Positions 11,768-22,726 are shown, counted from the stretch's first letter. The stretch is 64,000 nt of DNA from Candidatus Poribacteria bacterium (GCA_965215265.1 OZ244048.1:3072001-3136000); one strand, 5' to 3'. The notes: generated from the letters alone by a model not told the origin. A program made the numbers and translations.

Positions 11768-12289
11768 TCAAAAACCTAAATCTTTATCGAGTAATTCTTC
11801 AACAGTCTTTCCCCGTAAGCGTGCTACTTCGTTAATATCCTTAAGGCTTTTCAAACCGAGCATTGTAGCTTCAGCAATGTTTTTCACATTTCGAGAGGAA
11901 AGACACTTCGTTAGTGCATCCCGAACCCCTGCAAATTCGAGGATTGCGCGCGTAGCGTGTCCTGCGATGATGCCGGTTCCAGGGCTAGCAGGTTTCATCA
12001 AAACTTTAGCAGATTTGAATTCGCTGATGATTTCGTGCGGGAGTGTCCCTTCAACAAGTGGGACCCGAATCAGATTTTTGCGTGCGTCAGCAAGGCTTTT
12101 GCGGATAGCTCCAGCAACTTCACTCGCGCTGCCAAATCCGATCCCAACGATGCCATCCCGATTCCCTACAACAGAGAGCGTGTTAAAACTGGGGGTCCGT
12201 CGACCTTTTCCAACACGCATCACACGGTTAATCGCAATCGGATGCTCATCAAATTCAAAGTCATCAGGGTTAATCTTATCTTTCAGCAA
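11768..12289 (-). CDS. rpsE: 30S ribosomal protein S5
   Basis: INRV...VVG..DG, PASPGTGIIAG; operon position. Confidence 0.96.
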   Translation of the reverse strand: MLKDKINPDDFEFDEHPIAINRVMRVGKGRRTPSFNTLSVVGNRDGIVGIGFGSASEVAGAIRKSLADARKNLIRVPLVEGTLPHEIISEFKSAKVLMKPASPGTGIIAGHATRAILEFAGVRDALTKCLSSRNVKNIAEATMLGLKSLKDINEVARLRGKTVEELLDKDLGF

Positions 12290-12419
12290 AAAAAGCTCCT
12301 ATACCAGTGACAGAGCCTGGTTTTTTTCTAAAGGCACAGCACGCTTCGGAGTTCTCTATCTTGGCCACCTGCCAATTTGAGAGATAAAACCGAGCAAGCG
12401 TGCTATTCATGCGGGGCGG

Positions 12420-12788
12420 TTAGAACTTAAGGCCTTCCTCTCTTGCGGCTTGAGCGAGAGCTTTTATGCGCCCGTGGTAGAGATGTCCGCCCCGGTCAAA
12501 CACAACTACCTCAATCTGTTTCTGTTTCGCTTTCTGTGCAATCAGGGCTCCGACACTTTGTGCTGCGGCAATATTGCCGCCGTTTGAAAACGTGCCCTTC
12601 AACTCAGGCGATAAAGTGGAGGCTTCAACGAGCGTTTCCCCACGTTCATCATTAATGATTTGCGCATAGATATGTTTGAGGCTCCGAAAAACGGAGAGGC
12701 GAGGCTGTTCGCTGCTACCGCTAATCTTTCGGCGGACCCGTCTCCGGCGCCTTTCTTGACTCCTGCGCTTCTTTTTGATATACACCAA
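12420..12788 (-). CDS. rplR: 50S ribosomal protein L18
   Basis: [27 protein letters not shown]. Confidence 0.98.
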   Translation of the reverse strand: MVYIKKKRRSQERRRRRVRRKISGSSEQPRLSVFRSLKHIYAQIINDERGETLVEASTLSPELKGTFSNGGNIAAAQSVGALIAQKAKQKQIEVVVFDRGGHLYHGRIKALAQAAREEGLKF

Positions 12789-12840
12789 GGGTCTCCTTCT
12801 TACCCGAGCGATTTTTTTAATCGCTCACGACACTGTAGTT

Positions 12841-13407
12841 CTACGTTGAGGTTTTCCCTTCTTTATCTCGGACGCGCTCACCATCGTAACGAATGCCTTT
12901 ACAAGGTTTATAAACATCAGGTTTCCTAATTTGTCTAATAGAGGCGGCAACCTGTCCTACCAGTTGCTTATCAATACCACTTACAATAATAGGCGTGTGC
13001 GCCTGCCCGTCTATCATCTCAGATGATTCAACTGCGAGCGTTATCCCCTCTGGTGGTGAATAAGACACAGAATGGGAGTAGCCAACATCAAGAACAAGGT
13101 CATTCTGTCGATTAATTTCCGCCCGGTAACCTGTACCAACCACTCTGAGTTTTTTTTCAAAGCCATCGGAAACCCCAGTAACCATGTTTTCAATCAGGCT
13201 TCGTGCTAATCCGTGCAAGGCTTTGTATTGTTTCAGTTCACTTGCCCGTTGGACGGTTAGGACGTTTTCCTGCAGTGTCACATCAATTCCATTGGGTAGC
13301 TGCCAATTGAGGCTGCCTTTAGGTCCTTCAACCTGGATGTCGTTATTGTTTAGCGCGACTTTAACTTTTCCGGGAATCGAAATCGGCTTTTGCCCTATGC
13401 GTGACAT
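12841..13407 (-). CDS. rplF: 50S ribosomal protein L6
   Basis: MSRIGQKPI, GIDKQLVGQVAA; start trimmed to the RBS-preceded ATG. Confidence 0.97.
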   Translation of the reverse strand: MSRIGQKPISIPGKVKVALNNNDIQVEGPKGSLNWQLPNGIDVTLQENVLTVQRASELKQYKALHGLARSLIENMVTGVSDGFEKKLRVVGTGYRAEINRQNDLVLDVGYSHSVSYSPPEGITLAVESSEMIDGQAHTPIIVSGIDKQLVGQVAASIRQIRKPDVYKPCKGIRYDGERVRDKEGKTST

Positions 13408-13454
13408 GTTAATTCTCCTCATCAAGGAAACACTTCGAAAAAAAACGGAAGATA

Positions 13455-13856
13455 TTACCAGACATAGCACAAGACTTCGCCGCCGACTTTCGCCCTTCGA
13501 CATTGCGATGTGGTTTTTAGTCCTTGTGATGTTGACAAAATTGCCGTACCGAGGTCGCCGTATACTCGTGGCAAATCATCAACTTTGACGTAGACGCGTC
13601 TGCCGGGTTTGCTAATACGTTTGAGGTTCGTTATAACCTTCTCTTTCTTCGTGTTTCCATACTTCAAGTATATTCTTAAAATCCCCTGCTTGCCCTCTTC
13701 AAGCAAGCGATAGTTCCGGACAAAACCCTCTTCAGCCAGGATACGGGCAATCTCCATTTTAATTTTAGAGGCCGGGATTTCAACGCGTTCATGCCCTGCC
13801 ATATTGGCGTTGCGGATACGTGTTAACATATCTGCAATCGGATCGGTCATTGACAT
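13455..13856 (-). CDS. rpsH: 30S ribosomal protein S8
   Basis: [23 protein letters not shown]. Confidence 0.98.
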   Translation of the reverse strand: MSMTDPIADMLTRIRNANMAGHERVEIPASKIKMEIARILAEEGFVRNYRLLEEGKQGILRIYLKYGNTKKEKVITNLKRISKPGRRVYVKVDDLPRVYGDLGTAILSTSQGLKTTSQCRRAKVGGEVLCYVW

Positions 13857-13948
13857 GAAAGATTCTCCTTATTTCGTTTTTTTATAGGGCTGTTTCTGTT
13901 GCAGGACAGTAATTTTTTTATTGTCCTTTCTTTGTCTGCAATAGAGTC

Positions 13949-14020
13949 CCCAGTGGGTGGCAGGTAAAAGGTAATCCCATCTCTCCTGAAAGGAGAGACA
14001 AAGAATACCTATCCTGCCAC
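13949..14020 (-). repeat. Palindromic element copy B
   Basis: Exact reverse complement of copy C. Confidence 0.92.
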
Positions 14021-14045
14021 TTTTTTCAGCCACTACACAATCTCT

Positions 14046-14231
14046 CTACCAGCTCGCCTTTCGTACGCCGGGAATCTTTCCGGCGCGTGCGAACAAGCGA
14101 AAACAGATACGACACATTTCAAACTTCCGCAAGTATCCACGGGCTCTTCCGCAATTTTTACAACGGCTGTATTTTCGCGTTCGGAACCGCGGCTCTTTTT
14201 GATTTCTTGCAATCCAGGATTTACTTGCCAA
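14046..14231 (-). CDS. rpsZ: 30S ribosomal protein S14, zinc-binding (type Z)
   Basis: RCKNCGR...MCRICFR...IPGVRKASW; TTG start. Confidence 0.95.
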   Translation of the reverse strand: MASKSWIARNQKEPRFRTRKYSRCKNCGRARGYLRKFEMCRICFRLFARAGKIPGVRKASW

Positions 14232-14250
14232 TTGGGATTCTCCTTTTATT

Positions 14251-14790
14251 TTAACGTCGAAATGGCATTCCCAGCAATCGTAACAATTCGCGTGCTTCCT
14301 CGTCAGTTGGAGCGGTTGTAACAACGGTTACATTGAGTCCACGGATGTCATCAACCCTATCGTAATCAATTTCCGGGAAGATTAATTGTTCGGTTAATCC
14401 TAATGAATAGTTTCCTCTACCATCAAAAGCGTCTGGTGAGACACCGCGGAAGTCCCGTATCTGCGGGAGGACGACATTAACAAGTCTGTTGAAAAATTCA
14501 TACATCCGTTGCTGTCTGAGCGTCACCTTACATCCGATTGCCATTCCGGCTCTCACTTTAAAAGCAGAGACGGATTTTTTGGCGTAAGTGATAATCGCAC
14601 GTTGTCCTGCGATGAGGGTTAATTCTTCCACAGCATCCTCTAAGGCTTTAGGGTTCTGAATAGCTTCGCCGACCCCAATATTCAACGTAATCTTATCCAA
14701 CTTCGGAATTTGCGCGACGTTTTTGTAATCAAAGTGCTTTTGAAGTGCAGGAATCACTTCCGTCTGATAAAATACTTTAAATGGGCTCAT
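14251..14790 (-). CDS. rplE: 50S ribosomal protein L5
   Basis: [18 protein letters not shown]. Confidence 0.98.
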   Translation of the reverse strand: MSPFKVFYQTEVIPALQKHFDYKNVAQIPKLDKITLNIGVGEAIQNPKALEDAVEELTLIAGQRAIITYAKKSVSAFKVRAGMAIGCKVTLRQQRMYEFFNRLVNVVLPQIRDFRGVSPDAFDGRGNYSLGLTEQLIFPEIDYDRVDDIRGLNVTVVTTAPTDEEARELLRLLGMPFRR

Positions 14791-14829
14791 CAATCTTGTA
14801 TCCTATAAGTTGCTACGCACCCAACTTCA

Positions 14830-14901
14830 GTGGCAGGATAGGTATTCTTTGTCTCTCCTTTCAGGAGAGATGGGATTACCTTTTACCTGCCACCCACTGG
14901 G
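14830..14901 (+). repeat. Palindromic element copy C
   Basis: GTGGCAGG-ATAGGTATTCTTTGTCTCTCCTTTCAGGAGAGATGGGATTACCTTTTA-CCTGCCAC-CCACTGGG. Confidence 0.92.
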
Positions 14902-14939
14902 CGGGGGCCGGGCGTTCAGTGAAGGAACCGCTTCTGTCT

Positions 14940-15176
14940 CTATGAGTCTTCAACACGTTTGAGATTAGAAACATGAATGGTGCCTTCGCGTTCAACAACT
15001 CCGCCCTGCCCCATTTGATTTGGGCGTAGATGGCGTGTAATCATGTGAATCCCTTCTACAATAGCGCGATTTTTTTTCGGGAACACTTCTAAAACCACGC
15101 CCTGTTTACCCCGATCTTGGCCGCTGAGGACCAACACCACATCATCTTTCTTGATATGCAGATTTCTCTTTGCCAC
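14940..15176 (-). CDS. rplX: 50S ribosomal protein L24 (short form)
   Basis: IKKDD.V.VLSGQDRGKQG.V, IHVSNL. Confidence 0.95.
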   Translation of the reverse strand: MAKRNLHIKKDDVVLVLSGQDRGKQGVVLEVFPKKNRAIVEGIHMITRHLRPNQMGQGGVVEREGTIHVSNLKRVEDS

Positions 15177-15186
15177 GATTAACCTC

Positions 15187-15555
15187 CTAAATCACCTCAG
15201 GTGCAAGCGAAACAATGCGTGTGAATGCCTTTTCTCTGAGTTCACGAGCCACAGGTCCGAATATACGGGTGCCGCGGGGTTGATTCTGCGGGTCTATGAG
15301 TACTGCAGCGTTCTGATCGAACTTAATATAAGAACCGTCTGCCCGTCGATATTCTTTGGCAGTGCGTACAACGACAGCCCGGACAACCTCGCCGGCTTTC
15401 ACCTGCGTATTAGGCGCTGCTTCTTTGATGCTTGCTACAATCACGTCACCGACGCGGGCATAGTGCCGGCGCGTACCACCTAATACACTAATGCACATGA
15501 GTTTCCGCGCGCCGGTATTATCTGCGCAGGTTAATCGAGTGTATGATTGAACCAT
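15187..15555 (-). CDS. rplN: 50S ribosomal protein L14
   Basis: [20 protein letters not shown]. Confidence 0.98.
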   Translation of the reverse strand: MVQSYTRLTCADNTGARKLMCISVLGGTRRHYARVGDVIVASIKEAAPNTQVKAGEVVRAVVVRTAKEYRRADGSYIKFDQNAAVLIDPQNQPRGTRIFGPVARELREKAFTRIVSLAPEVI

Positions 15556-15676
15556 TTTTTTCTATCCTCGCCAGCAACCCAGAGCCGCCGGACCCCGCCG
15601 TTTCAAATCAAACAAGGGAAATCCGATCAGTTTCATCAGGCGCATTAGAGTGGAAAAGCGAGTCCTTCCTTACCTA

Positions 15677-15952
15677 TTAATCGTTTGCAGGTTGCACTGC
15701 GCTGATAACCGCTTGAACCCGCCACCTTTTCTGACGGCTCAACGGCCGGGTTTCAATCACCTGGACCACGTCGCCGACGTTACAATTATTCTGTTCATCG
15801 TGAGCTAGAATTTTCTTTGTTTTCCGGACCACCTTTTTATAAAGCGGATGTTGATACCGCCGGACAAGTGCCACTGCAACAGTTTTATCCATACTATTGC
15901 TGGTCACAAAGCCTGTCCGGACTTTGCGATGTCCTCGCTTTTGATTGCTCAA
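15677..15952 (-). CDS. rpsQ: 30S ribosomal protein S17
   Basis: G.VTS.SMDKT, HPLYKK, ETRPLS..KRW; TTG start inferred. Confidence 0.96.
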   Translation of the reverse strand: MSNQKRGHRKVRTGFVTSNSMDKTVAVALVRRYQHPLYKKVVRKTKKILAHDEQNNCNVGDVVQVIETRPLSRQKRWRVQAVISAVQPAND

Positions 15953-16016
15953 TTTTAGTCTCCCGGCTCTTCCAAGAGCCATTAGCATAGTTTCGATGCT
16001 TAAGCACTCCTATTGG

Positions 16017-16217
16017 CTATTCTGAAGCGTTCTCAGCACGGGCCCGCAAAACAGTTTTCACACGCGCGATATCCTTCCGAATCTTGCCAACGTGTGTTGT
16101 ATCTTCCAATTGCCCTAAGATACTTCGGAACCGTTGGTTAAACAGAGTCTCTTTGAGTTCTGCCAATTCACCCTCCAATTCCTCCGTTGTCTTGCTTCGT
16201 AACTCAGCTGCTTTCAT
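16017..16217 (-). CDS. rpmC: 50S ribosomal protein L29
   Basis: MKA.ELR, IRKDIARVKTVL. Confidence 0.96.
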   Translation of the reverse strand: MKAAELRSKTTEELEGELAELKETLFNQRFRSILGQLEDTTHVGKIRKDIARVKTVLRARAENASE

Positions 16218-16274
16218 CTCTTATACCTCCTTGCGCGTCGAGAATTCTAGGCCAGATTGCTGCTGTATGTGCAA

Positions 16275-16688
16275 TTACGCATCACGTGCAACGAATTTGG
16301 TTTTAATTGGCAATTTATGGGCGGCCCGTTCCATCGCCCCTTTTGCATCTTCAAGCGAAACCCCGCTTAATTCATACAGAATTCTACCTGGTTTGACGAC
16401 AGCAACCCAGTACTCAGGTGGGCCTTTTTTACCACTACCCATGCGCATTTCAGCAGGTTTCTTGCTGACGGGTTTATGCGGGAAAATTTTAATCCAAACC
16501 TTTCCGCCGCGCCGCACATATCGGGTAATAGCTATTCGCGCGGATTCAATTTGGTTGCTTGTTATCCAGCCAGCTTCCATCGCTTGCAGGCCGTACTCAC
16601 CGAAGTTGATTTTTGAACCCCGAATCGGCTTTCCACGGCGTTTTCCACGGTGCACGTTGCGGTGCATCACACGTTTCGGCATTAACAT
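16275..16688 (-). CDS. rplP: 50S ribosomal protein L16
   Basis: [23 protein letters not shown]. Confidence 0.98.
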   Translation of the reverse strand: MLMPKRVMHRNVHRGKRRGKPIRGSKINFGEYGLQAMEAGWITSNQIESARIAITRYVRRGGKVWIKIFPHKPVSKKPAEMRMGSGKKGPPEYWVAVVKPGRILYELSGVSLEDAKGAMERAAHKLPIKTKFVARDA

Positions 16689-16736
16689 ATTGAATCTCCT
16701 ATAAATCTAGCACTCTTCCATATCTGGTCGACACGC

Positions 16737-17549
16737 CTACTCTCTATTTCGAGAATGGCCTCCGCCACGGCGTTGTCGCCTGGGGCCCCTAGCGCGTCGA
16801 GGTCCACGTTGTTGCTGTGGACGTTGATTTTGAGCGCGTTGTCGACCAGACTGCCGGAATCCGGAATCTGCGCGTCGCCCTGGTTGCTGACTGGAAGGAG
16901 CCGAGCCCATTAATTTTTCAGGGACACCAATAATTTCACCTTTGAAAATCCAGGTTTTGACTCCAATTTTGCCGTAGGTTGTATTTGCCTCGGCGAATCC
17001 ATAATCAACGTCTGCTCTGAGTGTATGAAGTGGGACGCGCCCTTCAATACTGGATTCCGTGCGAGCAATCTCATGTCCATCGAGTCGTCCGCTCACCATG
17101 ATTTTCACACCTAATGCGCCTTCTTGGACCGAAGCCGAAATATTCCGGCGCATAACCTGCTTAAAGCGTGCTCGACGTTCCAGCTGCGTTGCTACAGTTT
17201 CAGCAACGAGCTGTGCATCTAACTCTGGTTTTTTTATTTCGGAGACATTAATGCGTACAGGATGCCCGACATATCTTTCTAATTCAGCCTGTAACTTTTC
17301 GGCCTCTGCCCCGCGGCGTCCAATTACAATACCGGGGCGTGCTGTGTGGATATTAATACTGCAACGGTCAGCGACGCGTTCAACTTCAATTCGCGAAACA
17401 CCTGCACGGGCTAACTGTTTTTTGACAAACTCCTGAATCTGAAAGTCTTCATGGAGCCATCGTGCGTAATCCTGCTCACTGTACCACTTTGAATCCCACG
17501 TCTCAATGATTCCTAAGCGCAATCCACGCGGGTGAGTTTTTTGTCCCAT
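16737..17549 (-). CDS. rpsC: 30S ribosomal protein S3 with Arg/Gln-rich tail
   Basis: [22 protein letters not shown]. Confidence 0.98.
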   Translation of the reverse strand: MGQKTHPRGLRLGIIETWDSKWYSEQDYARWLHEDFQIQEFVKKQLARAGVSRIEVERVADRCSINIHTARPGIVIGRRGAEAEKLQAELERYVGHPVRINVSEIKKPELDAQLVAETVATQLERRARFKQVMRRNISASVQEGALGVKIMVSGRLDGHEIARTESSIEGRVPLHTLRADVDYGFAEANTTYGKIGVKTWIFKGEIIGVPEKLMGSAPSSQQPGRRADSGFRQSGRQRAQNQRPQQQRGPRRARGPRRQRRGGGHSRNRE

Positions 17550-17643
17550 GCAACCCTCCTCTTAGACTGTCTCCCTTTCGCGAATTCGGAGGCCATGTAG
17601 TTGAACCGTACACGATGCATGTGTACGTGAAGTTGCTATCACG

Positions 17644-17997
17644 TTACTCATCATCTTCAACACTCTCCTCATCCACAACAACGGTGATATGGCTATGCCG
17701 TTTTAAAATACGGTTCGCCATACCTCGTGCCCGGGGACGTATCCATTTCCGCGTAATCCCTTCATCCACGTGAATCTCTTTTACATATAAATCTGCAATA
17801 TCAATGTTCGGATCTTGGTACTGTGCATTGGCAGCAGCAGACTGAATCAACTTGTAAATCACGGGTGACGCGGCTTTATGAGTAAAACGTAATTGATTTA
17901 ACGCGTCCTCAACATATTCATTTCGGATAAGATCGGCAACTAAACGGGCTTTCCGTGGGGCTACCGATGCATTCCGAATTTTGGCTCTAGCTTCCAT
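17644..17997 (-). CDS. rplV: 50S ribosomal protein L22
   Basis: PRKARLVADLIR, RPRARG...ILKR.SHIT. Confidence 0.97.
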   Translation of the reverse strand: MEARAKIRNASVAPRKARLVADLIRNEYVEDALNQLRFTHKAASPVIYKLIQSAAANAQYQDPNIDIADLYVKEIHVDEGITRKWIRPRARGMANRILKRHSHITVVVDEESVEDDE

Positions 17998-18175
17998 CAG
18001 GATTCTCCTAATTTTTCGTATTGTGTACCGGACTGGAACACCGTCGCTCGTTAGCTGGCGACTGCACATTCAAACGCCGGATGTTCAAGTTCGCGGAAAC
18101 TTCTGTGTCAAATGTCAACAAGAAGCGCCTAATGATGGAATTAAGGCAAAACTTATCATGATGAGCCATACGAAA

Positions 18176-18445
18176 TTACCTTCTTGAACCTCCTGCATGA
18201 GAACGGAAGGTCCGAGTTGGCGCGAATTCGCCGAGTTTATGCCCTACCATGTTCTCGGTTATGTAGACAGGGAAAAACTTTTTCCCGTTGTAAATCGCCA
18301 AGGTGTGCCCAACCAATTCTGGCGTAACAGTTGAACGTCGGGACCAGGTTCGGATAACCCGTTTAGTACCGGATAGGTCCATAGCGGCTATCTTTTTTGC
18401 GAGTTTTGAATCTAGGTAAGGTCCTTTTTTAATAGAACGCGGCAT
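18176..18445 (-). CDS. rpsS: 30S ribosomal protein S19
   Basis: [24 protein letters not shown]. Confidence 0.98.
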   Translation of the reverse strand: MPRSIKKGPYLDSKLAKKIAAMDLSGTKRVIRTWSRRSTVTPELVGHTLAIYNGKKFFPVYITENMVGHKLGEFAPTRTFRSHAGGSRR

Positions 18446-18457
18446 TTCGCTTCTCCT

Positions 18458-18529
18458 CCCAGTGGGTGGCAGGTAAAAGGTATTCCCATCTCTCCAGAAA
18501 GGAGAGACAAAGAATACCTATCCTGCCAC
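18458..18529 (-). repeat. Palindromic element copy D
   Basis: Two differences from copies B/C; fills the gap between the rplB stop and the rpsS RBS. Confidence 0.92.
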
Positions 18530-19344
18530 TATTTCCGATTTCCAAAAATATAACGGCTTGACTTCTTCTTTGGATTTCGCGTTTTATACCCTTTTGTGGG
18601 AACACCCCAGGGAGTAACTGGATGTCTTCCGCCGGAACTTTTCCCTTCACCTCCACCGTGTGGGTGGTCAATCGGGTTCATCGCGACACCTCGTACTTTT
18701 GGACGTTTTCCTAACCATCTAGAACGCCCAGCTTTACCAATTACAATTTTCCCGACATTGCCGACCTGTCCGAGAGTTGCCATTGATTGGACTGGGATGA
18801 GCCGAATCTCACCGGAAGGCAGCCGGATCCGCGCGTATTTTCCTTCTCTGTCAACAAGTTGAGCGGCTCCCCCGGCACTGCGTACTAATTGTCCGCCTTT
18901 ACCAGGGCGCATCTCTATATTATGAATTGACGAACCGAGCGGAATCTTTTCAAGCGGCAAAGCATTTCCCGCTTGAATTTCTGCAGATGGGCCTGAATTG
19001 AGCCGGTCACCAACTTGGATGCCGACGGGGGCGAGGATGTACCGTTTTTCGCCATCAACATAGTGGAGCAAGGCAATATGTGCAGAACGATTCGGGTCAT
19101 ATTCAATAGATGCAACTTTAGCTGGAATGCCAAACTTATCTCGTTTGAAATCAATAATCCGGTACCGGCGTTTGTGCCCACCGCCGCGGCGTCTCACCGT
19201 TAATCGCCCTGTCGCGTTACGGCCAGCTTTCTGTTTTTTGCCTTTGACGAGCGATTTCTCAGGCTTGCTTCGGGTAATCTCTTCAAAGGTATACCCGGTC
19301 ATAAACCTACGGCTTGGGGTTACAGGTGAATATGTCTTAGGCAT
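18529..19344 (-). CDS. rplB: 50S ribosomal protein L2
   Basis: [27 protein letters not shown]. Confidence 0.98.
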   Translation of the reverse strand: MPKTYSPVTPSRRFMTGYTFEEITRSKPEKSLVKGKKQKAGRNATGRLTVRRRGGGHKRRYRIIDFKRDKFGIPAKVASIEYDPNRSAHIALLHYVDGEKRYILAPVGIQVGDRLNSGPSAEIQAGNALPLEKIPLGSSIHNIEMRPGKGGQLVRSAGGAAQLVDREGKYARIRLPSGEIRLIPVQSMATLGQVGNVGKIVIGKAGRSRWLGKRPKVRGVAMNPIDHPHGGGEGKSSGGRHPVTPWGVPTKGYKTRNPKKKSSRYIFGNRK

Positions 19345-19412
19345 TTTTTCTCCAATGTACTCATCTAATCCGGCGGCAATGCATTACCCGCTACTCAGCA
19401 CTTGAATTCTTA

Positions 19413-19712
19413 TTAAATCGTTTCAAATGCCTGGATGGTTGCCCCTTCTCTTAGCGTAATAATCGCTTTCTTCCAATGTGGGCGCCGTCCGCGTTGGTAC
19501 CGGAGCATCTTTCCTTTCGGTTTTCCTCGAACCTGCATGGTTCGAACGCTGACAATGTCGCCTTTGATGTCAAACAATTCCTCAGCAGCTTGGCGAATCT
19601 GGATTTTCGTTGCATTTTTATTTACAACAAAAGCGTATTTGTTAGATTCGCGGAGGACAGTGCTTTTTTCCGTAATCTGGGGTTGTAATATAATTTGGTA
19701 TATGTCTTTCAT
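19413..19712 (-). CDS. rplW: 50S ribosomal protein L23
   Basis: ITEKS, ATK.QIR.A.E, WKKAIITL. Confidence 0.96.
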   Translation of the reverse strand: MKDIYQIILQPQITEKSTVLRESNKYAFVVNKNATKIQIRQAAEELFDIKGDIVSVRTMQVRGKPKGKMLRYQRGRRPHWKKAIITLREGATIQAFETI

Positions 19713-19779
19713 AATACGTCTCTTAACATCGGCTAGGCAAACTTACCAGATAAGGTTCACGAACGAAGCCGTTTATCGT

Positions 19780-20457
19780 TCACTCGGACACTTCGACTGA
19801 AGAATCGTCGAGCGGCTCCGATTCTGAATCCGGATTCGCAAATTTAGTTTGCATCTTATCCACAGCCTTTTCGGTAATTACCAGCGTGTCGTGCCACATA
19901 ACCTGGTAGATGTTAAGCATGTTCCAGGTGCAGCTATTAACTTGTGGGATATTCCGAATAGAGAGGTGGATATTGGAACTATGTTCGTCAAGGACAAAAA
20001 GGACCTTTCCTTGTGCATTTACTGCCTTTAACAAGTTCACCATATCTTTTGTCCGTGGACGTTCAAGTGTGAAATCTTCAATGAGTATACACTGCTGATT
20101 TTGGAACCGGTCTGCAAGGGCCCCATGTAGTCCGAGTCGGCGGACCTGTTTGGGAGTACGTTGTCGATAACTACGAGGTTTCGGCCCGAACGCTACCCCT
20201 CCATGAACTCGGTTCGGGGATTTGGCGTTACCTACACGTGCTCTGCCTGTCCCCTTCTGGCGGTATAGTTTTTTTCCACTGCCTTTGACTTCACTACGGC
20301 TTTTCGTGGAGGCGTTCCCTTGCCGCTGATTAGCAAGGTAGGCAACAACACACTGGTGAATGACAGGCGCGTTTACCTCAGTGTCGGTGAAGGTCTTTGC
20401 TAATTCCTTTTGTCGTAGGACATCTCCTGATGGGCTATAGACATCTAAAGTTGACAT
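19780..20457 (-). CDS. rplD: 50S ribosomal protein L4
   Basis: RQKGTGRAR, GGVAFGPKPR. Confidence 0.97.
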   Translation of the reverse strand: MSTLDVYSPSGDVLRQKELAKTFTDTEVNAPVIHQCVVAYLANQRQGNASTKSRSEVKGSGKKLYRQKGTGRARVGNAKSPNRVHGGVAFGPKPRSYRQRTPKQVRRLGLHGALADRFQNQQCILIEDFTLERPRTKDMVNLLKAVNAQGKVLFVLDEHSSNIHLSIRNIPQVNSCTWNMLNIYQVMWHDTLVITEKAVDKMQTKFANPDSESEPLDDSSVEVSE

Positions 20458-20495
20458 CACCTATTCTCCTTTATGCATCGTAACACGAATGAATT

Positions 20496-21140
20496 TTAGA
20501 CATCCACTGCGGCTTTAGCTGCCTTCTTGATTAGTAGAAGTCCATTGTTTGGGCCGGGAACCGCGCCTTTCACGACAAGCAAATTCCTTTCGGCATCTGC
20601 TTGAATGATATGTAAATTTTGCACGGTATGCCGTTTAGCCCCGTAACGGCCGGCCATCCGTTTGCCTTTGAAAACTCGTGATGGTGTCGCGCTTGCCCCG
20701 ATAGAACCTGGACGGCGAAGATCTTGTTCGCCCCCATGGCTTTTTCTACCGCCTGCAAATTTCCAACGTCTGACAACCCCAGAGAAGCCACGCCCTTTGG
20801 AGGTACCGGTTACGTCAACGAGCTCACCTTCTGAAAAGAGATTCGCGTCAACGGTGCTGCCAACGGATACGTGGTCAAGGCTGTTCACTCGGAATTCTCG
20901 GAGTACCACCGTTGGGTCGACCTTTGCCTTAGCGAAATGTCCCTGCTTTGGCTGATTCGTGCGACCTTCCTTCGCCGGTCTGAATCCGAGTTGTACTGCT
21001 TGATAGCCATCTTTTTCTTGCGTTTTGAGTTGGACAATCGGACACGGTCCTGCTTCAATAACAGTGACAGGTACGGCTTCTCCTGACTCCTCAAAAACTT
21101 GTGTCATGCCGATTTTTCGTCCAATAAGCCCGTTAACCAT
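20496..21140 (-). CDS. rplC: 50S ribosomal protein L3
   Basis: [23 protein letters not shown]. Confidence 0.98.
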   Translation of the reverse strand: MVNGLIGRKIGMTQVFEESGEAVPVTVIEAGPCPIVQLKTQEKDGYQAVQLGFRPAKEGRTNQPKQGHFAKAKVDPTVVLREFRVNSLDHVSVGSTVDANLFSEGELVDVTGTSKGRGFSGVVRRWKFAGGRKSHGGEQDLRRPGSIGASATPSRVFKGKRMAGRYGAKRHTVQNLHIIQADAERNLLVVKGAVPGPNNGLLLIKKAAKAAVDV

Positions 21141-21152
21141 CTTCCATGACTC

Positions 21153-21464
21153 CTATAAAAGAACAATTTTTACATCAACTCCCGCCGGTAGGTCCAAGCG
21201 CATTAGAGCATCAACGGTTTTGGGTGTTGTCTCTAAAATATCCAACAACCGTTTATGGATGCGCATCTCAAATTGTTCACGCGACTTTTTGTCTTTAAAC
21301 GTCGAGCGTTGAACAGTATAAGTATGCTTCTTCGTCGGCAACGGGATGGGTCCGGAGACAGCGGCCCCCGTACGTTTAGCTGTGTCCGCTATCTGTTTTG
21401 ACGAAAAGTCTAGCAACCGGTAGTCAAAGGCTTTGAGTCGAATACGAATTTTTTGATTGTCCAT
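21153..21464 (-). CDS. rpsJ: 30S ribosomal protein S10
   Basis: [29 protein letters not shown]. Confidence 0.98.
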   Translation of the reverse strand: MDNQKIRIRLKAFDYRLLDFSSKQIADTAKRTGAAVSGPIPLPTKKHTYTVQRSTFKDKKSREQFEMRIHKRLLDILETTPKTVDALMRLDLPAGVDVKIVLL

Positions 21465-21526
21465 TCTGTTCCTCTTTGATTGCGATTGTCCCCTTTTGCT
21501 TAAAAGCAAAAGGGGTGAATGGCAAT

Positions 21527-22726
21527 TTATTCGAGAATTTTGGAGACAACACCTGCCCCGATAGTATGTCCGCCTTCCCGGATTGCGAATCGAAGTTGCT
21601 CTTCCATAGCAATCGGTTTGGACAACTCGACCGTAATTTGCGCGTTGTCACCAGGCATAATCATTTCAATGCCTTCAGGCAAATCCATTCTACCGGTCAC
21701 GTCCGTTGTCCGGAAATAGAATTGTGGGCGGTATCCGCTAAAGAAAGGGTTCCAGCGTCCCCCTTCTTCCTTAGTCAGGATGTAAGCTTCGGCTTCAAAC
21801 TTTGTATGTGGCGTAACAGTTCCAGGGATTGACAAGACCTGTCCGCGTTCAACTTCATCTCGGTCTATGCCTCGCAGTAAAGCCCCGATATTATCGCCTG
21901 CTCGTCCTTCATCTAGAAATTTTCGGAACATCTCAACCCCTGTTACAACAGTGGTTTGTGTGTCGCGGAGTCCGACAATTTCGACATCATTTCCGACGTT
22001 AATGATTCCGCGTTCAACGCGTCCGGTGACAACAGTGCCGCGCCCACTGATCGTGAAAATGTCCTCTATCGGCATCAGAAAAGGCTTTTCAGTATCCCGG
22101 ACCGGTTCCGGAATGAATTCATCAACGGCTTCCATTAAATCAAGGATAGGCTTACATTCGTCGCTTCCTGGATCGCCGGCAGATTCCATCGCTTGAAGTG
22201 CAGAACCTGCGATAATAGGGACGTCGTCGCCTGGAAATTCATACTCTGACAGCAATTCCCGTACTTCCAATTCAACGAGTTCAATCAGTTCTTCGTCGTC
22301 TACCATGTCTGCCTTATTGAGGAAGACTACGAGAGACGGCACGTTGACCTGGCGTGCAAGTAGGACGTGCTCACGAGTTTGTGGCATCGGTCCATCTGCA
22401 GCAGAGACAACCAGAATCGCGCCATCCATCTGTGCAGCCCCGGTAATCATGTTTTTGATATAGTCAGCGTGTCCGGGGCAATCGACGTGTGCATAGTGGC
22501 GGTTCTCTGTTTCGTACTCAACGTGTGCTGTGTTAATAGTAATACCACGTTCTTTTTCCTCTGGTGCTTTGTCAATTTCGTCATAGGTCATGACGTAGTT
22601 TTTATTAGCAAGATTCGAAAGTACCATGGTAATTGCGGCGGTGAGAGTCGTCTTCCCATGGTCAACGTGGCCGATAGTTCCAATATTGACGTGTGGCTTA
22701 GTCCTTTCAAACGTTTCCTTAGCCAT
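21527..22726 (-). CDS. tuf: Elongation factor Tu
   Basis: [18 protein letters not shown]. Confidence 0.99.
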   Translation of the reverse strand: MAKETFERTKPHVNIGTIGHVDHGKTTLTAAITMVLSNLANKNYVMTYDEIDKAPEEKERGITINTAHVEYETENRHYAHVDCPGHADYIKNMITGAAQMDGAILVVSAADGPMPQTREHVLLARQVNVPSLVVFLNKADMVDDEELIELVELEVRELLSEYEFPGDDVPIIAGSALQAMESAGDPGSDECKPILDLMEAVDEFIPEPVRDTEKPFLMPIEDIFTISGRGTVVTGRVERGIINVGNDVEIVGLRDTQTTVVTGVEMFRKFLDEGRAGDNIGALLRGIDRDEVERGQVLSIPGTVTPHTKFEAEAYILTKEEGGRWNPFFSGYRPQFYFRTTDVTGRMDLPEGIEMIMPGDNAQITVELSKPIAMEEQLRFAIREGGHTIGAGVVSKILE

